Shown here piece after piece: positions 28,398 to 38,092 of a stretch of 64,000 nt of DNA. A program made the translations under genes and the position numbers. This stretch comes from a virus. Taxonomy: Duplodnaviria > Caudoviricetes. The stretch is from the IMG/VR virus record IMGVR_UViG_3300033075_001437, positions 1 to 64,000 of that record; one strand, written 5' to 3'. The notes under the pieces were generated by a model that searched no databases, was not told where the DNA came from, and saw only the letters and a program-made list of their open reading frames with translations. Numbering within the stretch: position 1 is the first letter of the stretch; each line of letters starts with the position of its first letter.

Positions 28398-28742
28398 ATG
28401 TATAAAACTGGCAAAAAATGGGGCACAACAGAACTAATATTTGAAAAAAACAACACAGAAGTCCATAGAATAGTTGGGAAATTAAATGGTAAATCGTCGA
28501 TGCATAAACATGAATCAAAATGGTCCATGTTTTATGTAGAAAAAGGAAAAGTTAAGATATCGGTAGAAAAAAACGATTATAATTTAACAGATATTACAAT
28601 ATTAGAAACAGGCGAATCGACAGTATTAAAACCAAATGAATTTCATATGTTTGAAATATTAGAAGACCAAACAGTATGCTATGAGATATATTGGACACAA
28701 CTAGATCCGAACGACATTGTTAGAAAAACATGCGGGTCATGA
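28398..28742 (+). CDS. Cupin (mannose-6-phosphate isomerase-like)
   Basis: KKWG, SMHKH, FYVEKG, PNEFHMF metal-binding cupin motifs. Confidence 0.8.
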   Translation: MYKTGKKWGTTELIFEKNNTEVHRIVGKLNGKSSMHKHESKWSMFYVEKGKVKISVEKNDYNLTDITILETGESTVLKPNEFHMFEILEDQTVCYEIYWTQLDPNDIVRKTCGS

Positions 28743-29062
28743 TAAAAGAAATAATAGAAATATTAACTGAAAAATTGACAAACGAAGGGTTTGATATAAA
28801 TCGTAATGATTATGATAATAAGTATGATTTGATAATCTCATATTGCAAAGACCTATACATAGCGCAAATCACTATAACAAATGCGATACACATTAGTGTA
28901 AACAGCTTATATGAAATAGGCGAAACTACAATAATAGTGCAATTTAGCAAGTTAGATGAAAAAAGAATATGCGAAATCATAAATCATATAAAATTTTATA
29001 AAAACAGACTATTAGAATTCAGTGGGCATCTGACAAAAGTTTGTCAACCACAAGATAAATGA
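28739..29062 (+). CDS. 'DDIL'-like family protein
   Basis: IKEIIEILTEKLTNEGFDI N-terminal helix, same size and pattern as family. Confidence 0.55.
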   Translation: MIKEIIEILTEKLTNEGFDINRNDYDNKYDLIISYCKDLYIAQITITNAIHISVNSLYEIGETTIIVQFSKLDEKRICEIINHIKFYKNRLLEFSGHLTKVCQPQDK

Positions 29063-29310
29063 AAGCAATAATATTTCAAATCATAAAAGAAAATTTAAAA
29101 AATTTTCACTGTTATATACGACACGATCGTATATCATTATATTATGAAAATAAAGCTGTCGGATATATAGCTATACAAGACAACAAGATAAAATTGTTAT
29201 ATAATTTTGGAATGTTCTACAGAACAAAAAATTTATACGACATAAATGAATTGAACAGTCAAAGTATGAAAAACATTGATAAAGTGATTAGAAGAACTAT
29301 TGGCCTCTAG
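29059..29310 (+). CDS. 'DDIL'-like family protein
   Basis: AIIFQIIKENLKNF...VGYI pattern; ATGA overlap. Confidence 0.5.
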   Translation: MKAIIFQIIKENLKNFHCYIRHDRISLYYENKAVGYIAIQDNKIKLLYNFGMFYRTKNLYDINELNSQSMKNIDKVIRRTIGL

Positions 29311-29325
29311 AAAAAGCCGGTCTAA

Positions 29326-30891
29326 TTACCTATCATTAGCATAAAAATATTTAATATTTTTATTACCAAGGACAATCAACTCATTGAAATCAACATCTAA
29401 CTTAGATAATATATTAGATGTAGGACTTAAAACATCTACATAACTAACACCGCTAACAGATTCTATCTTCTCTATGAAATTAGACAAATAAAAAGATTCA
29501 CCCATCTCCCAATTGCTAACGTCGAAAAACTCATTTATAGCAAATTCAACTTTTTCTTTTACTATAGAAGCATCAGCATTCCGATTAATTATAACATTTG
29601 CAGAAATATCAATAGCTTTAATTTTTCCATCCAAAACAACAACATAATCAGTTAAAACATTTATATCGCTAACATACGTCTTCAAACCTTCTTTTAAACC
29701 TACACTTGGAAGAGAAGGCCTGTTGTCAACACCAGCAGCCAAAACATATAATTCAACCAAATTACTATTTAAACTTGATCTAAAAGTAGCAACAGCTTTA
29801 ACAACAGAACCATAAGCAGGATGACTATAACTCTGCACAACATGTGCATAATCTTCACCTGTAACGATAGACCCATGTAAAGCATAATCTCTAGGGGCAC
29901 GTTTTTTAGCTTGTTCTATTGTTTCCTTATCAGCACCGCCGCTACTTGAAGTGATATTTCTAAAATTAACATTAATAGAGCTATTTGCTGGAGGATTTGG
30001 AACTACAGGCCTTGTTTCATTTATTTGATTTACACCGATTCTGCCAGACGCACCACCACCTGTTCTATATTTAAAAGTAATCGTAGAGCCAACTGGAGGT
30101 ATAGCACCATTAACATTATCTCCAAATTTGAATGTAATGCTATCTCCTATAAATAAAACTTCTACTACCTTATCATTTGAATCATACAATTCTATAGGGT
30201 CCGTAGTAACAGCCCAATTCTCTGTTACCGAACCATACTGCACATTTACCAATATTGGAGATTCTAAAATATTAATATCTGAAAATGTATACTTTTGGTT
30301 ACTACTACCATTACTAGATGCGCTAACTGTAGATGAAAATTGTCCTTGCAAACCATATGCTATAACACCCCTCTTACCGGCTGGTATTATTATTTTGCTA
30401 TACCAATCAGATGGAGACTTATAAACTTCATATGGCACTTTAACATTATTAGAGCCATTGGCATAAAATATTAATCCAGCGTCTATTTCTACATCGGCAT
30501 TAATAGGTCTATCTATTGAAATTTCTATATCAACGACAGCCGGGGTTTGCCTTTTAATTTTTTGATTTATTAATGCTAAATGATTTATAACAGCTTCTTC
30601 TGTTTTTGCTGTTACTATGTTGGTTTCATCGTGTAATATATCTGCTCTTAAACTCAATTTAGCAACTACCGACGCTATAATTTCTGAGAATAATACAATA
30701 CCATTGTTAGGCGAAAAATCATTAAAATCATTTGGATAATATGTTTTAATATACTCAAATATCGCTCTTCTAGCAGTATTAAAATCCAACCCGCTGAAAT
30801 CTATTTTTCTTAAATCTGATGGTGGCAATGATACGCCAAATTCTTCTGGCGTATTTGGTAAATCAAACAATGTTTTTTGTATATCAGCCAT
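29326..30891 (-). CDS. Baseplate wedge subunit (T4 gp6 / baseplate J-like)
   Basis: LDFNT..., NDF, ITFKFGDNVNGAIP, YRTGGG, GGADKETIEQAKKRAP, VTGEDY. Confidence 0.9.
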   Translation of the reverse strand: MADIQKTLFDLPNTPEEFGVSLPPSDLRKIDFSGLDFNTARRAIFEYIKTYYPNDFNDFSPNNGIVLFSEIIASVVAKLSLRADILHDETNIVTAKTEEAVINHLALINQKIKRQTPAVVDIEISIDRPINADVEIDAGLIFYANGSNNVKVPYEVYKSPSDWYSKIIIPAGKRGVIAYGLQGQFSSTVSASSNGSSNQKYTFSDINILESPILVNVQYGSVTENWAVTTDPIELYDSNDKVVEVLFIGDSITFKFGDNVNGAIPPVGSTITFKYRTGGGASGRIGVNQINETRPVVPNPPANSSINVNFRNITSSSGGADKETIEQAKKRAPRDYALHGSIVTGEDYAHVVQSYSHPAYGSVVKAVATFRSSLNSNLVELYVLAAGVDNRPSLPSVGLKEGLKTYVSDINVLTDYVVVLDGKIKAIDISANVIINRNADASIVKEKVEFAINEFFDVSNWEMGESFYLSNFIEKIESVSGVSYVDVLSPTSNILSKLDVDFNELIVLGNKNIKYFYANDR

Positions 30892-30892
30892 T

Positions 30893-32005
30893 TTATTCGC
30901 CTTTATGTTTCGACAACATATCTATCGTTTGTTCTGACTCTGGAAATCTATCTATATAATTAAAAGAATAAAAGCTATCTTTTGCAATATATGGTTCAGC
31001 TTCTAACCATCTATCATCAATGACATCGCATGCGTAATTGTAGGCATATTGCGGATCTTTCATAATAGTAGGTTCTGCTTCAAGCCATCTACCACCGATA
31101 ATGTTCTTAGCATAATAATAAGCATAATATGCATTTTTCATAATGATTGGTTCTGCCCTAGGCCATCTGCCTTTAATGCTGTAACGGGCATAATAACAAG
31201 CACATTGAGGGTCTCGGGCTATAACCGGCTCAGCTATCATCCATCTACCTTTAATTACATGATCTGCATACATATAAGCCATATGCGGATGCTCCAGCAT
31301 AATTGGCTCTATTTCATACCATCTACTTTTAAGAACATTGCAGGCATATTTGTACAGTATTTCATAATCATCATCTAAATTAGGTTTAGGTATAATACTT
31401 GAGACGTCAAAATCAACTTTAACGTCATTTACATCCATAACCTGTTCATAATCAGAAGTGAATTGTATGAATGGTTTATTATCTTTATAAACAACTCCAA
31501 TCCAAGCATATTCTTGTAGATAGCATTCAGCCTGACAATTTGGATAACTACGTCTAGTACACCACTTAGTCCCCTCACCAATATCCTTCAAACCCTCAAC
31601 GTCATTTACCTCATAGGTTTGATACTCGCCCCTGTCTAATACCAGTTTTACTCCTGGTAAACTGAGTGGATTAAGATTATTGCCACCTTGTCGTTTGCTT
31701 ATACTGCCAAGAAATGGCTCTATCGCTGTTTCTAAATCATGTAAAGAATCGTATTTTAATATATCTTTAAACTCTAGATTGCGTTGATACTTTTGGAAAT
31801 TATTTAACGTTTCTTTTACTCTATAATTATCTTCCGGCAACCTGATGCTATTCTTGTTTAATAATTTTAATATGAATAGTTTGTATTTTCTTCCTGTTGG
31901 GTCTGCATCTGTTACTATTTGGTTTAATTTATCTATAGGTATCTTGAGTTTTTCTGCTGTTTGTTGTAATATTTGATTATTTTCTGTTATTAATGTTAAT
32001 CTCAT
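30893..32005 (-). CDS. Putative internal head protein with GTKWCT domain and five 26-aa repeats
   Basis: MRLTLITE N-terminus; YxYAxxVIxGRWxxAEPxIxxDPxxA repeated five times. Confidence 0.7.
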   Translation of the reverse strand: MRLTLITENNQILQQTAEKLKIPIDKLNQIVTDADPTGRKYKLFILKLLNKNSIRLPEDNYRVKETLNNFQKYQRNLEFKDILKYDSLHDLETAIEPFLGSISKRQGGNNLNPLSLPGVKLVLDRGEYQTYEVNDVEGLKDIGEGTKWCTRRSYPNCQAECYLQEYAWIGVVYKDNKPFIQFTSDYEQVMDVNDVKVDFDVSSIIPKPNLDDDYEILYKYACNVLKSRWYEIEPIMLEHPHMAYMYADHVIKGRWMIAEPVIARDPQCACYYARYSIKGRWPRAEPIIMKNAYYAYYYAKNIIGGRWLEAEPTIMKDPQYAYNYACDVIDDRWLEAEPYIAKDSFYSFNYIDRFPESEQTIDMLSKHKGE

Positions 32006-32015
32006 GCTTTATATT

Positions 32016-32321
32016 TTATCGTGTCATAATTAATTCAAGCATATTGAGATCACCGATAGTTTTAATGGGGAATTGATATCCGACAAGATACCATTTTGCA
32101 TATCTACAATGTAATTCATGGCAGCCTTTTGTCCAATTGAATTTATTCTTTGCCCATCCATTCTTACCAAGCGTTTTATCATCTATAAGTGTTTGGTCAG
32201 TAAAATCAAGTGCACTTTCCAATAACACTTTAAATGCTGATGATAACTCATGTGACATCCATTGTTTGTCACATCTACTAACAATTTTGACCGCTTCATT
32301 TAAATCCATTGCCAACTCCAA
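32016..32321 (-). CDS. Hypothetical protein
   Basis: 101-aa ORF. Confidence 0.6.
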   Translation of the reverse strand: MELAMDLNEAVKIVSRCDKQWMSHELSSAFKVLLESALDFTDQTLIDDKTLGKNGWAKNKFNWTKGCHELHCRYAKWYLVGYQFPIKTIGDLNMLELIMTR

Positions 32322-33587
32322 TTAAATTTTAACGCCATTATCTTCAAGCCATAATGACAATTCTGTAAATTCTTCTTGCAGTATAGATATTTGTGTTTCA
32401 ACTTCTTTCATCCGATTTAACTTAGAGATTAAATCGTCCAGCCTTTTCGGTTGGTCCGTCTTGACCTTCTTTGGTTCTTTCGGTTTCTGATCCGGTTTGC
32501 ATTCTAAAAATTCGGTTTTAATCAACTTTGGGTTTTGAATGACTGGCGTAGTTGACAATTTAGAATAGACCAAATCTTTATCTAAGCCAAGTAATTCAAA
32601 AACCTCATTAGGTTTAGAGTTAGGCCCAATAATCTCATCCCAACCTTTAGCTGTAATCCTATAATGCTTATGCTTACCTTTGATATCAACTTTTTCCAAC
32701 CATCCACGTAAAACAAGAGGGGTAATAAATGAAAACAACGGGCCAATATATGATAATTTGAATTTATTTTTAATAAATTGTTCCCATAACGGGAGAAAAA
32801 TAAACGTTGGAACAGATGAACAATAATATGATTCACCGACAGTCTTAGAATATGACTCAGAAAAAACCTGCAAAAATTCGAATAAATTTTGTTCTGAATC
32901 GGCATATCCGTTCAAAGTGAATTTTCCTTTGCTGTTATAGCCAATTTCATCATTCGATTTAATAGACATATCAATAGCCTTTGTCCTGCTTAAAAAAATC
33001 TTCTTAGACTTGCCATGTTGCTCAATATCCAAAACCATCACTTTAACTTCATCGCCAACTTTACAATTTATAGGCTTGCCATAATCCCATTCGTTGATAT
33101 GACATAATCCTACAACAGATGGTAAAATATCGATCAAGCAAAAACTGCTTTGAACATCAACAACCGTACCTGGAAACACATCGCCAACACAAATTTTATT
33201 AATCGATTTGCTGATCGATACAAGGTTCTCATCTGTCTGATTTTGAATATTTAAATCATTATCAGATAACACTCTCTTTTGAGGTTTCAATGTTGCAAAA
33301 ACATCATTAATATCATAATTATTTGGAGGAGACAGATGTGATTCGAATGACCCATCACGATCTTTATATGATGTCCACAATTTAATAACTTTAATACCGC
33401 CAGGGTTAATTATAGATTTAGCTGAAAATTGCGACGAATTCAAAGGCTGTTTACATAATAATTTAACAGTCCAAATACCAGTAAAGCCTTTGTCACTTAA
33501 ATGTTCGTTAACAATATTTCTAGTATGTTCAACGTCTTTTTTGCTAGCACCAATATTATTAATAACAGAAATAGTTAAACCTAACAT
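32322..33587 (-). CDS. S1 RNA-binding domain protein with winged-helix-like and coiled-coil regions
   Basis: VGDVFPGTVVDV...VGLCHINE...KVGDEVKVMVLDI...IFLSRTKA = S1 domain; LVLRGWLEK...YRITAKG wHTH-like. Confidence 0.75.
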   Translation of the reverse strand: MLGLTISVINNIGASKKDVEHTRNIVNEHLSDKGFTGIWTVKLLCKQPLNSSQFSAKSIINPGGIKVIKLWTSYKDRDGSFESHLSPPNNYDINDVFATLKPQKRVLSDNDLNIQNQTDENLVSISKSINKICVGDVFPGTVVDVQSSFCLIDILPSVVGLCHINEWDYGKPINCKVGDEVKVMVLDIEQHGKSKKIFLSRTKAIDMSIKSNDEIGYNSKGKFTLNGYADSEQNLFEFLQVFSESYSKTVGESYYCSSVPTFIFLPLWEQFIKNKFKLSYIGPLFSFITPLVLRGWLEKVDIKGKHKHYRITAKGWDEIIGPNSKPNEVFELLGLDKDLVYSKLSTTPVIQNPKLIKTEFLECKPDQKPKEPKKVKTDQPKRLDDLISKLNRMKEVETQISILQEEFTELSLWLEDNGVKI

Positions 33588-33628
33588 ATACTCTCCTTCA
33601 TAGAACTGACTGATATAAACGTTACAAT

Positions 33629-34072
33629 TTACCGCTTTCGCAAACCCTTGTTGGTAAAATCTCTAATACAATGGCCAACAAATTTAAGGCTTATGTTGTG
33701 CCGGTTAAAAAGCTTTTTAAGACGCCTTTGTTTAGCCGTAGCACTCTCTTTATCGTTATCATTAATATGAATGGCGTCATCACCAATTTTGCCAAGCAAG
33801 AATTTAAATTTCGCAGGCACTTTGCTATTATGAAATTCTAATTCCATCCTGACTATTTCTGGCGAAGATGCGCACAAAAGATGCTTTTTGGCAACTCCAC
33901 ATTGATCTGCTATTTGGCCCAAGCAACACATAAAACCTTCTACATTTAACATTTCAGTGTTGCCTCTGCCGATGCAATTTGCATTAGCGGCATACAACCC
34001 GCCAGCACGCCATTTGCTACGATCAATAATAAACGTTTTCTTGGCCGTTTTCTTGACCGCTTTCTTAATCAT
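33629..34072 (-). CDS. Hypothetical protein (MCCLG motif)
   Basis: 147 aa; GFMCCLG motif seen in small phage proteins. Confidence 0.65.
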   Translation of the reverse strand: MIKKAVKKTAKKTFIIDRSKWRAGGLYAANANCIGRGNTEMLNVEGFMCCLGQIADQCGVAKKHLLCASSPEIVRMELEFHNSKVPAKFKFLLGKIGDDAIHINDNDKESATAKQRRLKKLFNRHNISLKFVGHCIRDFTNKGLRKR

Positions 34073-34367
34073 TTGATTGCCCTTTTAATTTATAAACTGC
34101 ATTTCTACCAACACCTTCTTTTACAACAACACCACTTTTTGTTAACTGGCATAAGACAGCAATTACAGCATAATAATATCCTTCACTAATAATAATATCA
34201 TAATCTCTATTCTTAGCATTAGAGTGATGATGATATTTAGAATAAGCATATTCTGGTGTAATATGCTTCTTGCACACTAAAACTAATGTCAAAAGATCAA
34301 CAAAATCTGTCTCATTTAGATGCTCGATAATAGTTTTTCTAATAGCGCTTGATATAGTGTTTTTCAT
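34065..34367 (-). CDS. Hypothetical winged-helix-like protein
   Basis: LCQLTKSGVVVKEGVGRNAVYKL wing motif. Confidence 0.55.
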   Translation of the reverse strand: MKNTISSAIRKTIIEHLNETDFVDLLTLVLVCKKHITPEYAYSKYHHHSNAKNRDYDIIISEGYYYAVIAVLCQLTKSGVVVKEGVGRNAVYKLKGQSND

Positions 34368-34370
34368 ACG

Positions 34371-35303
34371 TCATTTCTTTTTACAAATCGATTCTAATTT
34401 AGTTATAGCTTTTTTAAGTTTAGCAATAACAGTTTTTGCTTCATCGAAAGATATAAACTGAGTATCATTAAATGACGAAATACTGTCAATCAACTTACAA
34501 ATCCCTTTGTCAGAATCAATTTCACTCAGTAATTTATTTCTGATAGGTTTAAACGCTGACCTTTTATCTTTCAGAGTTACAATATTACTACGAAACGCTT
34601 TAATATGCTCAATCTTACTATTTTTATCATGTTTTTTCTTAACTTCATCGACAATAGATTTTACTTGATCATATGTAAACCTGCCAACGGCAGCAGTCCT
34701 ACCAAGTTCTTCTACGATATCATTGTCTTCGATAGTATGCAATAAAACTAATACAGAATGATGCAGATTGATAGTATTAACTCCTTTACTTTCAAGGAAT
34801 TCTCTCACTTTAGTAGAGCTAACATAAGCTTGTACCATATCATATCTAAGATTCAATTTACGAGCAGCTTCACTAACCGTTAGATTATGATGATTATGAA
34901 GATAAACAGCCTGCTGTAAAAGTTCGTCTTTAGACAAAGACAAACCGTGGTCGGCATTATCTGTTCTTCTAATAAGTTCTTTAGTATCTCTGTCAGCATT
35001 TAATAGAACATAAGCATAAATCTCAGTATCAATTTCTAACGCTGCTGAAACACGATGATTGCCGGAAATAATTTCATGAGAAGATGTTATAATAGGAGGA
35101 ATAAATGGCTTCTTAGATACCATTCCTATAGATAACTTACTAACATGATCCATATCCAACTTCGATTTAAATCTCGAATTGGATAACGATGATTCTTTAA
35201 TTTTAAGACTAGCAATACTAACTATTCTATATTCATACTTAAGCCCTTTAATACTTTTCAATTGTTCTTCAAGGACATTGCTTCTAACCCAATTGATTTT
35301 CAT
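34371..35303 (-). CDS. ParB/Srx N-terminal domain + HTH protein
   Basis: PPII...IISGNHRVSAA; DNADHG; TVSEAARKLNL HTH. Confidence 0.75.
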   Translation of the reverse strand: MKINWVRSNVLEEQLKSIKGLKYEYRIVSIASLKIKESSLSNSRFKSKLDMDHVSKLSIGMVSKKPFIPPIITSSHEIISGNHRVSAALEIDTEIYAYVLLNADRDTKELIRRTDNADHGLSLSKDELLQQAVYLHNHHNLTVSEAARKLNLRYDMVQAYVSSTKVREFLESKGVNTINLHHSVLVLLHTIEDNDIVEELGRTAAVGRFTYDQVKSIVDEVKKKHDKNSKIEHIKAFRSNIVTLKDKRSAFKPIRNKLLSEIDSDKGICKLIDSISSFNDTQFISFDEAKTVIAKLKKAITKLESICKKK

Positions 35304-35353
35304 AATTTCTCCGATCTGTAAATCGATCTAACAATGCTGTTGCAAATACATTG

Positions 35354-36262
35354 TTACAGCTGAACCAAAGAAGATAAGAGCAAAGACATTCTATTGATAT
35401 ATGTATGATTATTCATAACATATTCGTGTTGCAAATTTGCAACACGATTTCGTTCAGATTCATTATTTAAATAATATTCTATCAAATCTAGATATTCTTT
35501 ATGGTCATTTGCTACAATAGCGTCAGGTATCATCTTCTTAATAGACGGAGAATCATGCACAAACAATGTGCCGACACATGCTAATTTAAAAGCTCTTTCA
35601 GGAATGTCAAATCCGAACACATGTGTATGGTGTTCAGATATACATGGCCCTATTTTACCTAATTGCAAAAACTCATTAGAATCTTTATCTTCAAGTATAC
35701 CAGAAGAAATATCACCCCATTCACCCCAACCGTACAATTTATAATTTTTAAATTTCTGCAAGACAGGCAGTAAGAACTTGTCTATCGTTTTACCCTTATA
35801 AGCCCATTTACCACCTAAGTATATCAAATCATATTTTGGTTCTATGTTTAATTTTTTATATATGACAGAATCTGCTGCTGTTGGCATTGGAACCCATTTA
35901 AAACCAAATTTTTTCCAATCAGCCCAAAAATGTCTATCATGATCAGCACCATATCCAAATATCAAATCTGGTTTTAATTTTTCTATTTTTCTAATAGATT
36001 CAGGAGTTTCATTTACCCCTGTTTTAATATTGCAGTAAGGATTAACATGCATGGCAATCTTACAATTGCTTCTGTCAACTTTATCTAATGGCTGCATATG
36101 CCCAGAACTACCTATATATAGTTCTGGATTAAAACCTTGCCATTGTGGAATACTCCCATCCCACCTTTGAACAGTATGACCTAAATGATTTAAAGCATTA
36201 ACAAAACCATCAGTTATGAACCCAAAAGCACCTGATGGGCGATTTACGACCATTATTCTCAT
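35354..36262 (-). CDS. GT-B glycosyltransferase (CgeB / Glyco_trans_1_2-like)
   Basis: YDLIYLGG, PERAFKLACVG, HTYINR C-terminal pattern. Confidence 0.8.
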   Translation of the reverse strand: MRIMVVNRPSGAFGFITDGFVNALNHLGHTVQRWDGSIPQWQGFNPELYIGSSGHMQPLDKVDRSNCKIAMHVNPYCNIKTGVNETPESIRKIEKLKPDLIFGYGADHDRHFWADWKKFGFKWVPMPTAADSVIYKKLNIEPKYDLIYLGGKWAYKGKTIDKFLLPVLQKFKNYKLYGWGEWGDISSGILEDKDSNEFLQLGKIGPCISEHHTHVFGFDIPERAFKLACVGTLFVHDSPSIKKMIPDAIVANDHKEYLDLIEYYLNNESERNRVANLQHEYVMNNHTYINRMSLLLSSLVQL

Positions 36263-38091
36263 TTAATATACCTTTTATTTTTATCAACTAAAATTCTAAT
36301 TCTTTCAGACATTTCAATACCCTTCAACTTTTTCTCTAAAGCTGTATTTTCTGCATGATGCGACTGCCAATTATTGGCTCTAGGATGCCAAAGATGTGTA
36401 AATGTATGATACCTATTGCTTAACCAATTACCAGTGCTTATTCTAGAATAAAATTCGCAATCTTCATTGCCATACCCTTCAAAATCTTCATTAAACCCGC
36501 CAACCGCCCAATATTTTTTAACGGTCGAAGCTAACGACCCCCCTTCAAAATACCCAACAGCTCTTTCAAAATGCACATCATTATGTATATAGCCATTGTT
36601 ATTTATAAGATCTGTACTGTCACTATTGGCATAGATCACATTTTTACCAAGATGACATGAATCAAATTCTTGCAAAGTATAATATATATCATTTGTATAT
36701 AGATCGCATGCTAACATATCAGCGTCATGTAATATAACAATATCATGGCTAGCGTCGGCTACTCCGACATTGAAAGCTTTAGACTTATTAAATAATTCAC
36801 GTCTTGCTTTAGTAAAAATATGCTTAATATTTTGATCGCTAATATTAACTTTAGAATGACTGTCATACTCGCTTAAAATTATCTCAATATTTGGAAATTT
36901 TTGCGATTTTATATTGTTTAAAACTGTTGACAATGACTTGTTTCTACTAAGTTCCATGAATGGCACAACATATGATACACTAGGAACTTTTACATCAGAA
37001 TCAACATAGCTATTTAACCTTGAACCATCGAAAACTCGCTTAGCTTTATTTAGTAATTCAGTTTTATTTGATATTGAAGAATTATCATTATGAATCCTAA
37101 AATAATTAGATGACTCTTCAATATCATAAAACCCATCTGGCTGTATGTTTAACCTAGATCCCCTTGATGACCAATCTACGTGTTCCATACCATACAAGCC
37201 ATATCTTTGGTCAAAGTAACCACACTTTTGAAAATATGAATTTGTATATGCTAATATAGCACCATGTGGTTTTTCGTAAACAACATTTAAATTTATATTG
37301 TTTATTTGTGCTATTTCACCTTTATTTGTAGCATTATATATCCCTGGTTGCCTAAAAACCATATGCCCAAGTTTTGTTTTGCTCATTACTGTGCTATAAA
37401 AATATTCCCACCCATGCGATAAAACTTCGACATCATCATTTAACAATAAGCAATTATTAAATCTAGACAAGCATTTTAACAGTCTATTAGAATTTCCTGA
37501 GATGCCAAGCCTTTCATCATTTTTAATAATTACAAAATTATTTGGCATCTCAGATAGATATTGAACCATATCATCCTTATCACTACAATCATCGCTTATA
37601 AATATTGTCGTCTTATTCAAATCTGTGTATTTAATAATAGAATTTATTAACCTCTTAAGGGAATCAACTCTATTATATGACAATATTCCTACGCCGATAT
37701 TATTACTAATAGAATAGTTGGTATTCTTAAAATTATCTATTACTATCTTCTCTATATTAGCTGTTTTTCCTACTATCTGTTTTGGTTTTGGGTCTTCTTT
37801 TTGTGGTGATTTTATCGCTTTCCTATTTATAGCTATAGATTTTGTTTGTTTTACCTTTGGTATTTTAATAATATTATTATTTTCTGTAATTTGTTTATTC
37901 ACGTTTGTGTTTATAATATGTTTTATAATGTTTTTAGTTTTATCAGTTATTTCTCTGATATGCCCAGACCTACAATATTTTACAAATTCTTGAGGAAGCT
38001 CTATTTTGGCCCCAGGATTTATCTTTATTGTTCTACCATCATTACCAGTTAGGTAAACAATGTATTTATTTGGGTTTATGAATTCTGGCAT
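36259..38091 (-). CDS. Two-domain GT-A glycosyltransferase (GT2 + GT2/GT7-like) with N-terminal extension
   Basis: ILSYNR, ISDDCS, LLNDD, YGMEHVD; second domain VVPF, FNKSKAFNVG, HDAD, GGFNEDFEGYGNED, HLWH. Confidence 0.9.
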   Translation of the reverse strand: MPEFINPNKYIVYLTGNDGRTIKINPGAKIELPQEFVKYCRSGHIREITDKTKNIIKHIINTNVNKQITENNNIIKIPKVKQTKSIAINRKAIKSPQKEDPKPKQIVGKTANIEKIVIDNFKNTNYSISNNIGVGILSYNRVDSLKRLINSIIKYTDLNKTTIFISDDCSDKDDMVQYLSEMPNNFVIIKNDERLGISGNSNRLLKCLSRFNNCLLLNDDVEVLSHGWEYFYSTVMSKTKLGHMVFRQPGIYNATNKGEIAQINNINLNVVYEKPHGAILAYTNSYFQKCGYFDQRYGLYGMEHVDWSSRGSRLNIQPDGFYDIEESSNYFRIHNDNSSISNKTELLNKAKRVFDGSRLNSYVDSDVKVPSVSYVVPFMELSRNKSLSTVLNNIKSQKFPNIEIILSEYDSHSKVNISDQNIKHIFTKARRELFNKSKAFNVGVADASHDIVILHDADMLACDLYTNDIYYTLQEFDSCHLGKNVIYANSDSTDLINNNGYIHNDVHFERAVGYFEGGSLASTVKKYWAVGGFNEDFEGYGNEDCEFYSRISTGNWLSNRYHTFTHLWHPRANNWQSHHAENTALEKKLKGIEMSERIRILVDKNKRYIK

Positions 38092-38092
38092 T

